Of a stretch of 64,000 bases of DNA, positions 24,069 to 33,057 are shown piece by piece. The stretch is from an uncultured Burkholderiales bacterium (GTDB lineage Bacteria; Pseudomonadota; Gammaproteobacteria; Burkholderiales; SCOH01): NCBI GenBank assembly GCA_964495595.1, contig CAZBWH010000001.1, positions 2,950 through 66,949 on the forward strand, in the 5' to 3' direction. The notes under the pieces were generated by a model. The model saw nothing but the letters and a program-made list of their open reading frames with translations, did not search any database and was not told the DNA's origin. How positions within the stretch are numbered: the first letter of the stretch is position 1; each line of letters opens with the position of its first letter. The translations under genes were made by a program, and so were the position numbers.

Positions 24069-25832
24069 ATGTCCGATCTTCATCACGGTACCTCCAGCAA
24101 AGAGCTGTACCTGCGCCTGCTGCGCTACGCCAGGCCCTACCTCAAGATATTCGCCATTTCGCTGCTCGGCATGATCGTGGCCGCAGCGACCGAGCCGGCG
24201 TTTGCCCGGCTGATGAAGCCGCTGGTCGATGGCAACTTCAGCAAGCAAGCCGGCACCGACCTGATCCTGGTGCCGACGCTGATCGTCGGCCTGTTCCTGC
24301 TGCGCGCCGTGGCCAGCTTTGTCAACGATTATGCCTCCAGCTGGCTGTCGTCACGCATCGTGATGGATCTGCGCACCGAAATGTTCGACCGGCTGCTCAG
24401 CCTGCCAGTGCGCTATTTCGACGACCAGCCCTCCGGCGCCCTGCTGTCGCGGGTGGCTTACGATGTCAACAATGTCACCCAGGCCGGGCTCAACATCATC
24501 ACGGTGGTGGTAAAAGACGGCGTCACCATCATCAGCCTGATGGGGTTGCTGCTGTACACCGACTGGCAACTGACGCTGATCTGCTTCACCGCCATCCCGG
24601 CGGCCGCGATCAGCATCCGCTACACCGGCAAGCGGCTGCGCGGCCTGTCGCGCGGCCAGCAGCAAGCCATGGCCGACGCGACCCAGGTGCTGGAAGAAGC
24701 GATCAACGGCCAGCGCATCGTCAAGATTTTCGGCGGCCAGGCATATGAAAGCAGCCGGTTTCACACCCTGGCCAACCTGCTGCGGCGCAATACCGTCAAG
24801 CAGGTGGCCGCGAGCTCGATCAACACCGGACTGACCCAGTTGATGGTATCGGTCGCCCTGGCCGTAGTGATCTACTTCGCCAGCGTGCGCGCCGCCACTG
24901 GCGTTTTCACTGCCGGCGATTTTGTCTCGTTCATTACCGCAATGACCATGATGTTCGGCCCGCTCAAGCGCATCACCAGCGTCAACGATTCGCTGCAACG
25001 TGGCCTGGCCGCCGCCGAATCGGTGTTCACCCTGCTCGACCAGCAGCCGGAAACCGACCAGGGCCGGCAGGCAATCGCCCGCGCCCAAGGCCAGATCGAG
25101 CTGCGCGACGTACAACTGTATTACCAGACCCCCGACCGGCTGGCGCTGAAAGGCATCGACCTGACCATCCAGCCCGGTGAAACCATCGCCCTGGTCGGCA
25201 GCTCGGGCAGCGGCAAGACCACGCTGGTCAACCTGCTGCCGCTGTTCTACCGCCCCACCGGCGGCCAGATCCTGATCGATGGCACCCCGATCGAAGCCAT
25301 CCAGCTCGCCAGCCTGCGCGACAACATCTCGCTGGTGTCACAGGAGGTGGTGCTGTTCAACGACACCGTGTCGGCCAACATCGCCTACGGCCGGCTGCGC
25401 GACACCACCGCAGCAAACATCCGCCAGGCTGCGCAGGATGCGTTTGCGCTGGATTTCATCGAAGCCATGCCGCAGGGTTTTGACACCCTGATCGGCGAAA
25501 AAGGCGTCCGGCTGTCCGGCGGTCAGCGCCAGCGGCTGGCGATTGCGCGGGCGCTGCTGAAGGATTCACCGATCCTGATTCTCGACGAAGCCACCTCGGC
25601 GCTCGACACCCAGTCCGAACGTCAGGTGCAGGCCGCGCTGGAGCGGCTGATGCAAGGCCGCACCACCATTGTCATTGCCCACCGCCTGTCCACCATCGAA
25701 AACGCCGACCGGATCGTGGTGATGAACCACGGCCAAATCGTCGAAATCGGCAGCCACGCCGAGCTGCTGGCGAAAAACGGACATTACGCACTGCTGCACC
25801 GCATGCAGTTCAGGGAGGAAAACGCAGCATGA
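24069..25832 (+). CDS. msbA: lipid A export ABC transporter (permease/ATPase)
   Basis: Six-TM domain plus Walker A GSSGSGKTT, signature LSGGQRQR and Walker B ILILDEATS. Confidence 0.9.
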   Translation: MSDLHHGTSSKELYLRLLRYARPYLKIFAISLLGMIVAAATEPAFARLMKPLVDGNFSKQAGTDLILVPTLIVGLFLLRAVASFVNDYASSWLSSRIVMDLRTEMFDRLLSLPVRYFDDQPSGALLSRVAYDVNNVTQAGLNIITVVVKDGVTIISLMGLLLYTDWQLTLICFTAIPAAAISIRYTGKRLRGLSRGQQQAMADATQVLEEAINGQRIVKIFGGQAYESSRFHTLANLLRRNTVKQVAASSINTGLTQLMVSVALAVVIYFASVRAATGVFTAGDFVSFITAMTMMFGPLKRITSVNDSLQRGLAAAESVFTLLDQQPETDQGRQAIARAQGQIELRDVQLYYQTPDRLALKGIDLTIQPGETIALVGSSGSGKTTLVNLLPLFYRPTGGQILIDGTPIEAIQLASLRDNISLVSQEVVLFNDTVSANIAYGRLRDTTAANIRQAAQDAFALDFIEAMPQGFDTLIGEKGVRLSGGQRQRLAIARALLKDSPILILDEATSALDTQSERQVQAALERLMQGRTTIVIAHRLSTIENADRIVVMNHGQIVEIGSHAELLAKNGHYALLHRMQFREENAA

Positions 25833-26926
25833 GCCGCAAACTGACCATTTTGCATACCGAATCGTCGTGTGGCTGGGGCGGCCAGGAAATCCGCATCCTC
25901 ACCGAAATGGCCGGCATGAATGCGCGTGGCCACCATACCATCCTGATCTGCCCGGCCGAATCGAACATTTTCCGCGAAGGCAAGAAACGCGGCCTGGAAA
26001 CCTACGCACTGCCGGTAGCGAAAAAACGCCTGCGCGGCGCGCTGGCACTGCGCAAATGGCTGGGCAAGCACACGGTGGACGTGATCAACACCCACAGCTC
26101 GACCGACTCATGGCTCGCTGCCGTTGCCTGCCAGACCCTCTCCAAGGCGCCACCGATCGTGCGCACCCGCCACGTCTCGGCGCCGATCAACAACAAGCAT
26201 TCCACCCGCTGGCTGTACCAGACCGCTACCCGCTTCATCGTCACCACCGGCGAACGGCTGAAGGAAACGCTGGTGCGCGACAATGGCTTTGACGCCAGCC
26301 GCATCGAATCCGTCACCACCGGCATCGACACCCGCCGCTTCGTGCCGGGCGACAAGCAGGCCGCCCGCCGGCAACTGGGGCTGCCGGAACACGGCCCGGT
26401 CATCGGCATCGTCGCCACCCTGCGCAGCTGGAAAGGCCACCGCTACCTGCTGAACGCCTTCGCCGCCCTGGCTGACCAGGCCGCACATCTGGTCATCGTC
26501 GGCCACGGCCCGCAGCACGAGGCGCTCCAGCAGCAGATTGTCCAGCTGGGACTGCAGCAGCGAGTGACCATGCCCGGCAACCAGGATAATGTCGTGCCGT
26601 GGCTGCAGGCGCTGGACATCTTTGCCCTGCCGTCCTACGCCAACGAAGGCGTACCGCAGGCCATGCTGCAGGCCATGCTGGTCGGGCTGCCGATCATCAC
26701 CACTCCGGTGGGCAGCATTACCGAAGCGATCGAACACCAGGCCAACGGGCTGATCGTGGCGCCGGAAAACAGCGCCGCGTTGCAGGCCGCGCTGGAACGT
26801 CTGCTGGCCGCTCCGGACTACGCCCGCCAACTGGGCGACGCCGCCCGCCAGACCGCGCTCGCCCGCTACAGCATGGATGCCATGCTGGACAAGATGGAAC
26901 GCATTTTCCTCCACCAGACCGCCTGA
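25829..26926 (+). CDS. family 4 glycosyltransferase (LPS core)
   Basis: GT4 architecture with an E-x7-E region (EGVPQAMLQAM). ATGA overlap with msbA. Confidence 0.8.
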   Translation: MSRKLTILHTESSCGWGGQEIRILTEMAGMNARGHHTILICPAESNIFREGKKRGLETYALPVAKKRLRGALALRKWLGKHTVDVINTHSSTDSWLAAVACQTLSKAPPIVRTRHVSAPINNKHSTRWLYQTATRFIVTTGERLKETLVRDNGFDASRIESVTTGIDTRRFVPGDKQAARRQLGLPEHGPVIGIVATLRSWKGHRYLLNAFAALADQAAHLVIVGHGPQHEALQQQIVQLGLQQRVTMPGNQDNVVPWLQALDIFALPSYANEGVPQAMLQAMLVGLPIITTPVGSITEAIEHQANGLIVAPENSAALQAALERLLAAPDYARQLGDAARQTALARYSMDAMLDKMERIFLHQTA

Positions 26927-26957
26927 TTGCCGCCCACTGCCCACCCGTTCTGAGCCG

Positions 26958-28292
26958 ATGCCTTCATTCTCCCGCCTTGCCGGCCTGCTGCTCATCCTGA
27001 CCTCAGCGCTGAACCTGATCTGGCCCAAGCTGCACAGCATCGCGCTGCGCAACAGCCTGCTGGCCGTGCTGCTGCTTACCGGCCTCTGGCTTTACCGCCG
27101 GCTGGCCCGTGGCGGCCTGCCCCTGAGGCAGCTCAGGCTGCCGGTGTGGTTGTACCTGCTGCTCAGCGGCTGGCTGCTGGCCACGGTCACACTGGCCGAC
27201 GACCCGCTCAATTCGCTCACCCAGTATCGCGGGGAATGGCTAATGGGCGCGGTAGCGCTTGCCATCGGCCTGTTGCTGGCCACGCTCGCCCGCAGCGGAC
27301 GGCTGACCGGGCTGACGCCGCAAGCACTCATCATCGCCATTACGCTGGGGCTGGCCTTGCCAGTGCTGGGACTGATCGGACTGAACCTGCTGGACGTATT
27401 CGCCGGCCAGCCACTGGCGCTGGGCGAGGCGCCGGGTTACGGCCGCACCTCGCTCAGCTATTCACACAACATCCTGTTCGGCTTCTTGCTGGCCGATGCC
27501 GTGGCTCGCTGCAGCGGCAAGCCACGCCTGCTACCGTTGCCAGCGGCCGCGCTGCTCGCCGCACTTGCGCTGTCGCTGTTTGCCACCTATCTGCTCAACA
27601 CCCGCAACGGCACCCTCTGCGTGCTACTGATGATCCTGCTGGCCGTGGGACTGATCGTCTGGCAACAGCGCCAGCGCATCCGGCCGGCCTGGCTGCTGGG
27701 TGCCTTGCTGCTGGCCGGCGCGCTGACCGCCTTTATCCGGCTGGCGTATCAGGCCGACCAGCGCTGGGCAACGTTTCGCGAATCGACCCAGCTTGCGCTG
27801 GACACGCAAACCCACCGCGCCTGGCTGTACCCCGACATGCCCCGGCCACTGATGCGCAATGGCCAGCCGGTGGATGAATCAGCGTACATGCGGCTGGCGT
27901 GGTTCAAGGAAGGCGCGCTGGCCATCCTCGACTACCCGCTGGGAGTCGGCTTCGGCCGCAATGCCTACGGCCACGCGATGCAGCGCAAGTACGGCATCAA
28001 GGGGGGGCACAGCCACAGCAGCCTGATCGACTTCACCCTCAGCGGCGGCATTCCCGGCATCCTGCTGTGGCTGGCACTGTCGGCCGCACTGATCCGGCTG
28101 GGCTGGCAGGCGTTCATCCAGCGCTCGGACAGCGCCGGCATCGTCCTGAGCCTGTTCGTGGCCGGCACCCTGCTACGCATGCTGATCGACAGCAACCTGC
28201 GCGATCACGGCCTGGAGCAAACCCTGTTCCTGTACGCCCTGCTGGCCACCCTGGCCCTGGCCCGCCGCCCCCCCCCCCCATCGCCAACATGA
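26958..28292 (+). CDS. O-antigen ligase family (WaaL/Wzy_C-like) membrane protein
   Basis: Polytopic protein with HSHSSLIDFTLSGGIPG loop motif. ATG at 26958 chosen. The C-terminal tail RRPPPPSPT is encoded by the C12 tract. Confidence 0.75.
   Translation: MPSFSRLAGLLLILTSALNLIWPKLHSIALRNSLLAVLLLTGLWLYRRLARGGLPLRQLRLPVWLYLLLSGWLLATVTLADDPLNSLTQYRGEWLMGAVALAIGLLLATLARSGRLTGLTPQALIIAITLGLALPVLGLIGLNLLDVFAGQPLALGEAPGYGRTSLSYSHNILFGFLLADAVARCSGKPRLLPLPAAALLAALALSLFATYLLNTRNGTLCVLLMILLAVGLIVWQQRQRIRPAWLLGALLLAGALTAFIRLAYQADQRWATFRESTQLALDTQTHRAWLYPDMPRPLMRNGQPVDESAYMRLAWFKEGALAILDYPLGVGFGRNAYGHAMQRKYGIKGGHSHSSLIDFTLSGGIPGILLWLALSAALIRLGWQAFIQRSDSAGIVLSLFVAGTLLRMLIDSNLRDHGLEQTLFLYALLATLALARRPPPPSPT
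28268..28279. repeat. homopolymeric C12 tract
   Basis: Twelve consecutive C counted. The tract lies in the last 8 codons of the ligase gene, 10 nt before the heptosyltransferase ATG. Confidence 0.9.
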
Positions 28293-29287
28293 CCACCCGC
28301 ATCCTGATCATCAATGTCTGCCGCATCGGCGACACACTGCTGGGCACCCCGCTGATTACCGCGCTGCGCGCCCATTTCGGCCCCGAGCTGGAGCTGACCT
28401 GCCTTGCCCATCCAGAGCGGGTCGAACTGCTGCAGGGCCTGCCGCAGATCGACCACCTGGGCAGCATCAACAAGCGCAGCGCCCTGCTGCGCGGACGGCT
28501 GGGAGGCAAACGCTACGATTACGCACTGGTGCACGGCTACGACCGGGCACTGCTGCGCTACGCGCTGCGGGTGGCCGAACGGGTGATCGGCTTTGACCAG
28601 CCCGACCCGCAACTGAACGGCCGGCTGTACCGCGCCGTGCGCAACCCCAAGCCGGACGGCCCACACGCAGTCGACGTGCATACCCCGTTCCTGGCTGAGC
28701 TGGGTGTTCCGGTCCGGTCGCGCCGGCTGCTGTATCAGGTCAGCCCGACCGAAGCCGACTGGGCGGCGACGATGCTGCAGCCGCTGGCCGGCCGGGGCCC
28801 GCTGATTGCCATGGTCGTGCGCAGCTTTCCCACCAAGCCCTTCCGCGACTGGCCGATCGATTGTTTCGTTGCGGCGGCGCAGGGGATTCAGGCCCGCTAC
28901 CCGCAAGCGCATTTCATCCTGCTGGGGGGCGACGCGCTGGCCGACGCAGTGGCCGCATTCGCGCAGGCGCTGCCCGGCCGCTTCACCTCGTTTGCCGGCA
29001 AGCTCAGCCTGCGCCAGACCGCAGCGGTTCTGGCCCGGATGCAGCTCTACATCGGCGTCGACACCGGCCCCACCCATCTGGCCGGCGCGCTGCAGGTGCC
29101 CATGGTGGCGCTCTACCACTGCCTGAGTCCGGCCCGCGCCTTTGCCCCGCTGGAACATCCTGCACTACGCACCCTGCAGCTCCCCACCCCGCCCGAAGGC
29201 TGCAGCACCGCGCTCAGCCTGCGCGACATCCCGCCGTCGGCAGTGGTTGCCGCTGCCACCGAGCTACTGGCATGCGCATCCTGCTGA
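28289..29287 (+). CDS. family 9 glycosyltransferase (heptosyltransferase-like)
   Basis: ILIINVCRIGDTLL N-terminus and GVDTGPTHLAGAL motif. ATGA overlap with the ligase stop. Confidence 0.8.
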   Translation: MTTRILIINVCRIGDTLLGTPLITALRAHFGPELELTCLAHPERVELLQGLPQIDHLGSINKRSALLRGRLGGKRYDYALVHGYDRALLRYALRVAERVIGFDQPDPQLNGRLYRAVRNPKPDGPHAVDVHTPFLAELGVPVRSRRLLYQVSPTEADWAATMLQPLAGRGPLIAMVVRSFPTKPFRDWPIDCFVAAAQGIQARYPQAHFILLGGDALADAVAAFAQALPGRFTSFAGKLSLRQTAAVLARMQLYIGVDTGPTHLAGALQVPMVALYHCLSPARAFAPLEHPALRTLQLPTPPEGCSTALSLRDIPPSAVVAAATELLACASC

Positions 29288-30306
29288 GCTATTACTTCGG
29301 CCCCAACGCCATCCCGCTGGGCAGTTCGCTCGCCAGCGCCCTGCAGGCCCTGGGGCACGAGGTGATTCCGTTTCACAGCGAACGCGAACACTCGCTGCAA
29401 CGCCACGGCATCAAATGGCTGCTGCGGCTGGGGCGTGCGCTGCGGCTGCCTGCCGGCCGACTGGCACACACCCGCTGGAGCAATCTGGCTTGGCGCAGCC
29501 AGTTGCTGGAACAGGCCGTCAGCCTGCATCGCCCGGACATGATCTGGGTGATCCGTGGCAATGGCTTTACCCCCGGCCTGCTGTCACAGCTCAAGGCCCG
29601 TTACGGCGTGCGCCACACGCTCGGCTGGTGGGTCAAATCGCCGCGTGACAATCCGGACGAAATGCGCAACGACCGGCTGGAATACGACGCCTTCGCCTGC
29701 ATCTACCCCGGTCAGGCCGATCCGGAACGGGGTATTCATTGGGTGTCGGCACTGGCCCGCGAGCCCGGTCTGTACCACCCGCCGGCCAGCCCGCAGCCGG
29801 TGCGCTACCCGATCCTGCTGGTAGGCCGCTGGAGCCCGCGCCGCCAGGCCATTGCCGAGCAGCTGGCCGACCTGCCACTCACCATCGTCGGCCCCGGCTG
29901 GCGGGGCAAAAACCGTCGCAAGCCAGCGATGCTGGCCCGGCTGGGGCCACGCGAACTGTGGGGGCAGGCGCTGCTGACCGCCTACCACCAAAGTGCCATC
30001 GTGCTCAACATTACCGTCTGGGATCCGCAGCAGATTCCGGCACTCAACCTGCGGGTCACCGACGTGCCAGCCTGCGGCAGCTTCCTGCTGACCGATGCCT
30101 CGCCGGAACTGGACGCCCTGTTTCCAGCCGGTGACGGCCCGGTAAGCTGGCGCGATGCCGGCGAGCTGCGCCAGTTGCTGCAGCATTACCTCGACCATCC
30201 CGACCAACGCCAGGCCAGGGCGAACCTGACCCGGAGCGCCGTCGAACGCCTGCCCACCTACCAGGACACCGCCCGCCGCCTGATGGAGTTGCTCAAGCAT
30301 GACTAA
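29272..30306 (+). CDS. CgeB/DUF3880-like glycosyltransferase
   Basis: C-terminal GT1-like region (RVTDVPACGSFLLTD). Overlaps the upstream gene by 16 nt. Confidence 0.6.
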   Translation: MRILLSYYFGPNAIPLGSSLASALQALGHEVIPFHSEREHSLQRHGIKWLLRLGRALRLPAGRLAHTRWSNLAWRSQLLEQAVSLHRPDMIWVIRGNGFTPGLLSQLKARYGVRHTLGWWVKSPRDNPDEMRNDRLEYDAFACIYPGQADPERGIHWVSALAREPGLYHPPASPQPVRYPILLVGRWSPRRQAIAEQLADLPLTIVGPGWRGKNRRKPAMLARLGPRELWGQALLTAYHQSAIVLNITVWDPQQIPALNLRVTDVPACGSFLLTDASPELDALFPAGDGPVSWRDAGELRQLLQHYLDHPDQRQARANLTRSAVERLPTYQDTARRLMELLKHD

Positions 30307-31165
30307 ACCGCTGATCAGCATTCTGATCCCTGCCTGCAACCACGCCGACTACATCGGCCAGACACTGGACAGCATTGAGGCGCAGCAGCGCCAGGACCTG
30401 GAAGTCATCGTCATCGACGACGGCTCGCGCGACGCCACCTACCAGACCGCCCTGGCCCGCGCCGACCGCTTTGCGCTGCCGATCAGTGTGCATACCCAGC
30501 CCAATCAGGGCATCTGCCGCACTCTCGACCGGGCGCTGACCCTGGCGCGTGGCGAATGGATCGCGGTAATCGCCTCGGACGACTGGCTGCTGCCCGACCG
30601 CTTCACCGCACAACTGGACTGGATCGCCCGCCACCCGGACACGCAACTGGTCTACGCCAACGGGCTGCGTTTCGAAGATGGCAAGCCACGCGGCCGCATC
30701 CACAGCCCGGCGGTGATCGCCCAGCTCGATCTACCGCTACCGGCCTTGCGTGAATTGCTCGCCAGCAAGACCAGCAAATGGTTCATCCAGTCCGGCCTGT
30801 TCCGGCGCTCGCTGCTGCAGGCGCTGGACCCGTTCGACGACGGCACCGGCCTGGACGACTGGCCGCTGAACATCCGGCTGTTCAACCACTTCAGCCACCG
30901 CAGCCAGTATCACTACGTCGACGCCGACGTGGTCGCCTACCGCCAGCACGCCGGCAACTCGTTCCGCAACGTGGCCGCCCAGACCCAGCGCAAGCTGAAC
31001 GTGCTCAACCGCTACTGTCCCGCCCACCTGAAAGACGCCGCACTGGCCGATGCCTGCTGGGAAGGCGGCAAGTCGCTGCTGCTGGAAAGCCTGCGCCTGC
31101 GCCCGGCACTACACCCCGTCCTCCGCCTCTGCGCCCGCCTGATCGGCGCGGCATTGAAACGCTGA
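30299..31165 (+). CDS. family 2 glycosyltransferase
   Basis: ISILIPACNHADYIGQTLDSI and VIVIDDGS motifs. Confidence 0.8.
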   Translation: MTKPLISILIPACNHADYIGQTLDSIEAQQRQDLEVIVIDDGSRDATYQTALARADRFALPISVHTQPNQGICRTLDRALTLARGEWIAVIASDDWLLPDRFTAQLDWIARHPDTQLVYANGLRFEDGKPRGRIHSPAVIAQLDLPLPALRELLASKTSKWFIQSGLFRRSLLQALDPFDDGTGLDDWPLNIRLFNHFSHRSQYHYVDADVVAYRQHAGNSFRNVAAQTQRKLNVLNRYCPAHLKDAALADACWEGGKSLLLESLRLRPALHPVLRLCARLIGAALKR

Positions 31166-31170
31166 CCGCC

Positions 31171-33057
31171 ATGCCCTTCCGTCACGACATCAACACCCTG
31201 CGCGCCCTGTCGGTGCTGCTGGTCACCCTGTACCATTTCGGCATTCCCGGCGCCGGCAGCGGGCTGATCGGCGTCGACCTGTTCTTCGTCATCTCCGGCT
31301 ATCTGATGACGCAAATCCTGCTGTCGCCCAAGTCACCCGGCTACGGAGCTTTCCTGCTGGCCCGCAGCCGCCGCATCCTGCCGGCGCTGATCGCGTTGTG
31401 CCTGATCCTGCTGGTACTGGGCTGGTTCACCCTCTACCCACCAGCCTACGCCAAGCTGGCCAAGCACGCCGGCACCTCGCTGCTGTTCATCTCCAATTTC
31501 GTCTACAACAACGAAGCGGGTTACTTCGACCTGTCTGCCAGCCGCAAATGGCTGCTGCACACCTGGTCGCTGTCGGTCGAGTGGCAGTTCTACCTGCTCT
31601 ATCCCGCGCTGCTCAAGCTACTGCACCGCCCCGGTCGCCCCTGGCTGCTGCCTGCGGGACTGGGCCTGCTGGGTGCCGCATCGGCAGCGGGCATGCTGAT
31701 CTGGGATCCTTACAAGCCCAACGCCGAGTTCTACCTGTTGCCGTGGCGCGCCTGGGAAATGCTGGCTGGCGCGCTGGCCTATTTTTGCCACCAGCGCTGG
31801 CAACTGGCGGGGCGGCCATGGCATGGTGCGCAATACCTGCTGCTGGCCGGCTGTGTTGCCGCAGGTGCCTGGCTGCCACATGCCAACTGGCCCAACGGCT
31901 TCACACTGCTGCCGGTCACGCTGGCGGCCGCTTTCATCGCCATCGGCCAACCGGCGCTGGCGGCACCGCGCTGGCTGGGCAGGATCGGCGATTGGTCGTA
32001 TTCGATCTACCTGTGGCACTGGCCGGTTTGGGTCTGGCTCAACCAGCAATCCGACAGCCTGCCGCTGACCGTTCGCCTTGGCGGCATCGCGGCCTCGATC
32101 CTGCTCGGTGCAGCCTCGTTTCACCTGGTCGAAACACCGTTCCGCAAGCAATTGCGGCTGAAGCGGCCAATGTGGCTGGCAATGGCCGCCGGGATTGCCA
32201 CCTGCCTGCTGGTGATCCGGCTGGATGGCATGTACTGGTTGCGCTACCCGGCGCAATGGCACACGGTGGCACGACACTGGTTCGCTTTTGAAAGCGATTA
32301 CCAAAAAGTGCTCAAGCCGTACTACCAGGCAGACAGCTGTTTTCTGGGCAACGACTGGCTCAGGCACCCACGCCCGGCCTTCTGCACCCAGGAAAGCGCC
32401 AGCATCCTGCTCGCCGGCGACAGCCACGCCGCTCATTTGTGGTGGGGTTTGTCGCGCCGGCTGCCAGCCGGCTCGCTCGACCACCTGGCCGCTCCCGGAT
32501 GCGAACCGATCAGTTACCCAGCCCAGGATCGCAAATGCCTGACAGCCGGTCAGGCCCTGCGCGAGCGGCTGAGCCAGCACCGTTACCAAACCGTCATTCT
32601 GGCTGGCTACTGGTACCACACCCTGCAACAGATATCCTGGCCGCAATTGGACGCCGAACTGGCTCGCTGGAAGCGGGATTTTCCGCACACCACCTTCCTG
32701 CTGGTCGGCAGCGTACCGATCCACGCCCCTTCGCTGCCGGACAACCTGGCCCGCGAGGTCCTGCAGACCGGCTCCGCATCCGCCCGCAGCCCGCAAGGCA
32801 TCCGCCGCGAAAGCTACACCCACAACCAGCAACTGGCGCAACTGGCCGCCCGGCACGGCATGCACTTCTTCGACCCGGTAGCGGCGCTGTGCAACGCGCA
32901 AGGCTGCCTGCGGCTAACCCAACGCCCGCAGCCCGCCGTGCAATGGGATTACGGCCACCTGACCGCCGAAGGGTCCGAACTGATCGCCGCCGGACTGGTC
33001 CCGGCCCTACAGGCCATTTCCCGGCAACCGATAGGCATCAATGATTCCGACCGCTGA
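31171..33057 (+). CDS. OafA-like acyltransferase (acyltransferase_3 membrane domain plus SGNH-like C-domain)
   Basis: N-terminus INTLRALSVLLVTLYHF...GVDLFFVISGYL, about 10 TM helices, and a C-terminal GDSHA motif. Confidence 0.8.
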   Translation: MPFRHDINTLRALSVLLVTLYHFGIPGAGSGLIGVDLFFVISGYLMTQILLSPKSPGYGAFLLARSRRILPALIALCLILLVLGWFTLYPPAYAKLAKHAGTSLLFISNFVYNNEAGYFDLSASRKWLLHTWSLSVEWQFYLLYPALLKLLHRPGRPWLLPAGLGLLGAASAAGMLIWDPYKPNAEFYLLPWRAWEMLAGALAYFCHQRWQLAGRPWHGAQYLLLAGCVAAGAWLPHANWPNGFTLLPVTLAAAFIAIGQPALAAPRWLGRIGDWSYSIYLWHWPVWVWLNQQSDSLPLTVRLGGIAASILLGAASFHLVETPFRKQLRLKRPMWLAMAAGIATCLLVIRLDGMYWLRYPAQWHTVARHWFAFESDYQKVLKPYYQADSCFLGNDWLRHPRPAFCTQESASILLAGDSHAAHLWWGLSRRLPAGSLDHLAAPGCEPISYPAQDRKCLTAGQALRERLSQHRYQTVILAGYWYHTLQQISWPQLDAELARWKRDFPHTTFLLVGSVPIHAPSLPDNLAREVLQTGSASARSPQGIRRESYTHNQQLAQLAARHGMHFFDPVAALCNAQGCLRLTQRPQPAVQWDYGHLTAEGSELIAAGLVPALQAISRQPIGINDSDR

